A stretch of DNA of 64,000 nucleotides from Antedon mediterranea (Eukaryota > Animalia > Echinodermata): contig NC_092671.1 of the NCBI RefSeq assembly GCF_964355755.1, positions 25,308,070 through 25,372,069 on the forward strand. The letters run 5' to 3'. The first letter of the stretch is position 1, and each line of letters begins with the position of its first letter. Positions 63,961 through 64,000 of this stretch are shown in pieces. The notes under the pieces were generated by a model. The model worked only from the letters and a program-made list of their open reading frames with translations, was not told the origin of the DNA and made no database searches. Both the position numbers and the translations under genes were made by a program.

Positions 63961-64000
63961 GGTCACACAAAAATTTATTGAGAGGGTCAACATACGTTGC

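Overview
AT-rich, intron-containing animal genomic DNA from an invertebrate; the repeat style and frequent TAGGCCTA suggest an echinoderm such as a crinoid, but that is inference only. Three host genes can be built from splice sites: (1) a minus-strand NR1D/Rev-erb/E75-like nuclear receptor (5 coding exons, 18850 to 11031, about 351 aa from the first visible ATG) that lacks helix 12 and, unusually, the heme-ligating His, with a cluster of RORE sites upstream; (2) a plus-strand 4-exon C2H2 zinc-finger gene (52698-56674, about 1010 aa) with a ZNF692/ZNF653-type helical motif and a C-terminal DPR-repeat tail; (3) the last three exons of NOP58 (minus, 63689 to 62339). The rest is transposon-rich: a 5'-truncated Rex/Babar-type LINE, non-autonomous hAT, IS3EU, piggyBac, Kolobok, Harbinger, Tc1/pogo and Helentron-like elements, tRNA-SINEs, tandem repeats and a decayed Ig-domain pseudogene. 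The most unusual structures are Penelope-type minimal hammerhead ribozymes (9487-9530; 32804-32840) and a nested (TA)n-embedded cassette at 32.6-33.5 kb in which two co-oriented hammerhead motifs bracket a direct-repeat-bounded unit carrying a complete tRNA-Asp(ATC)-like cloverleaf. All coordinates and counts were read by eye.
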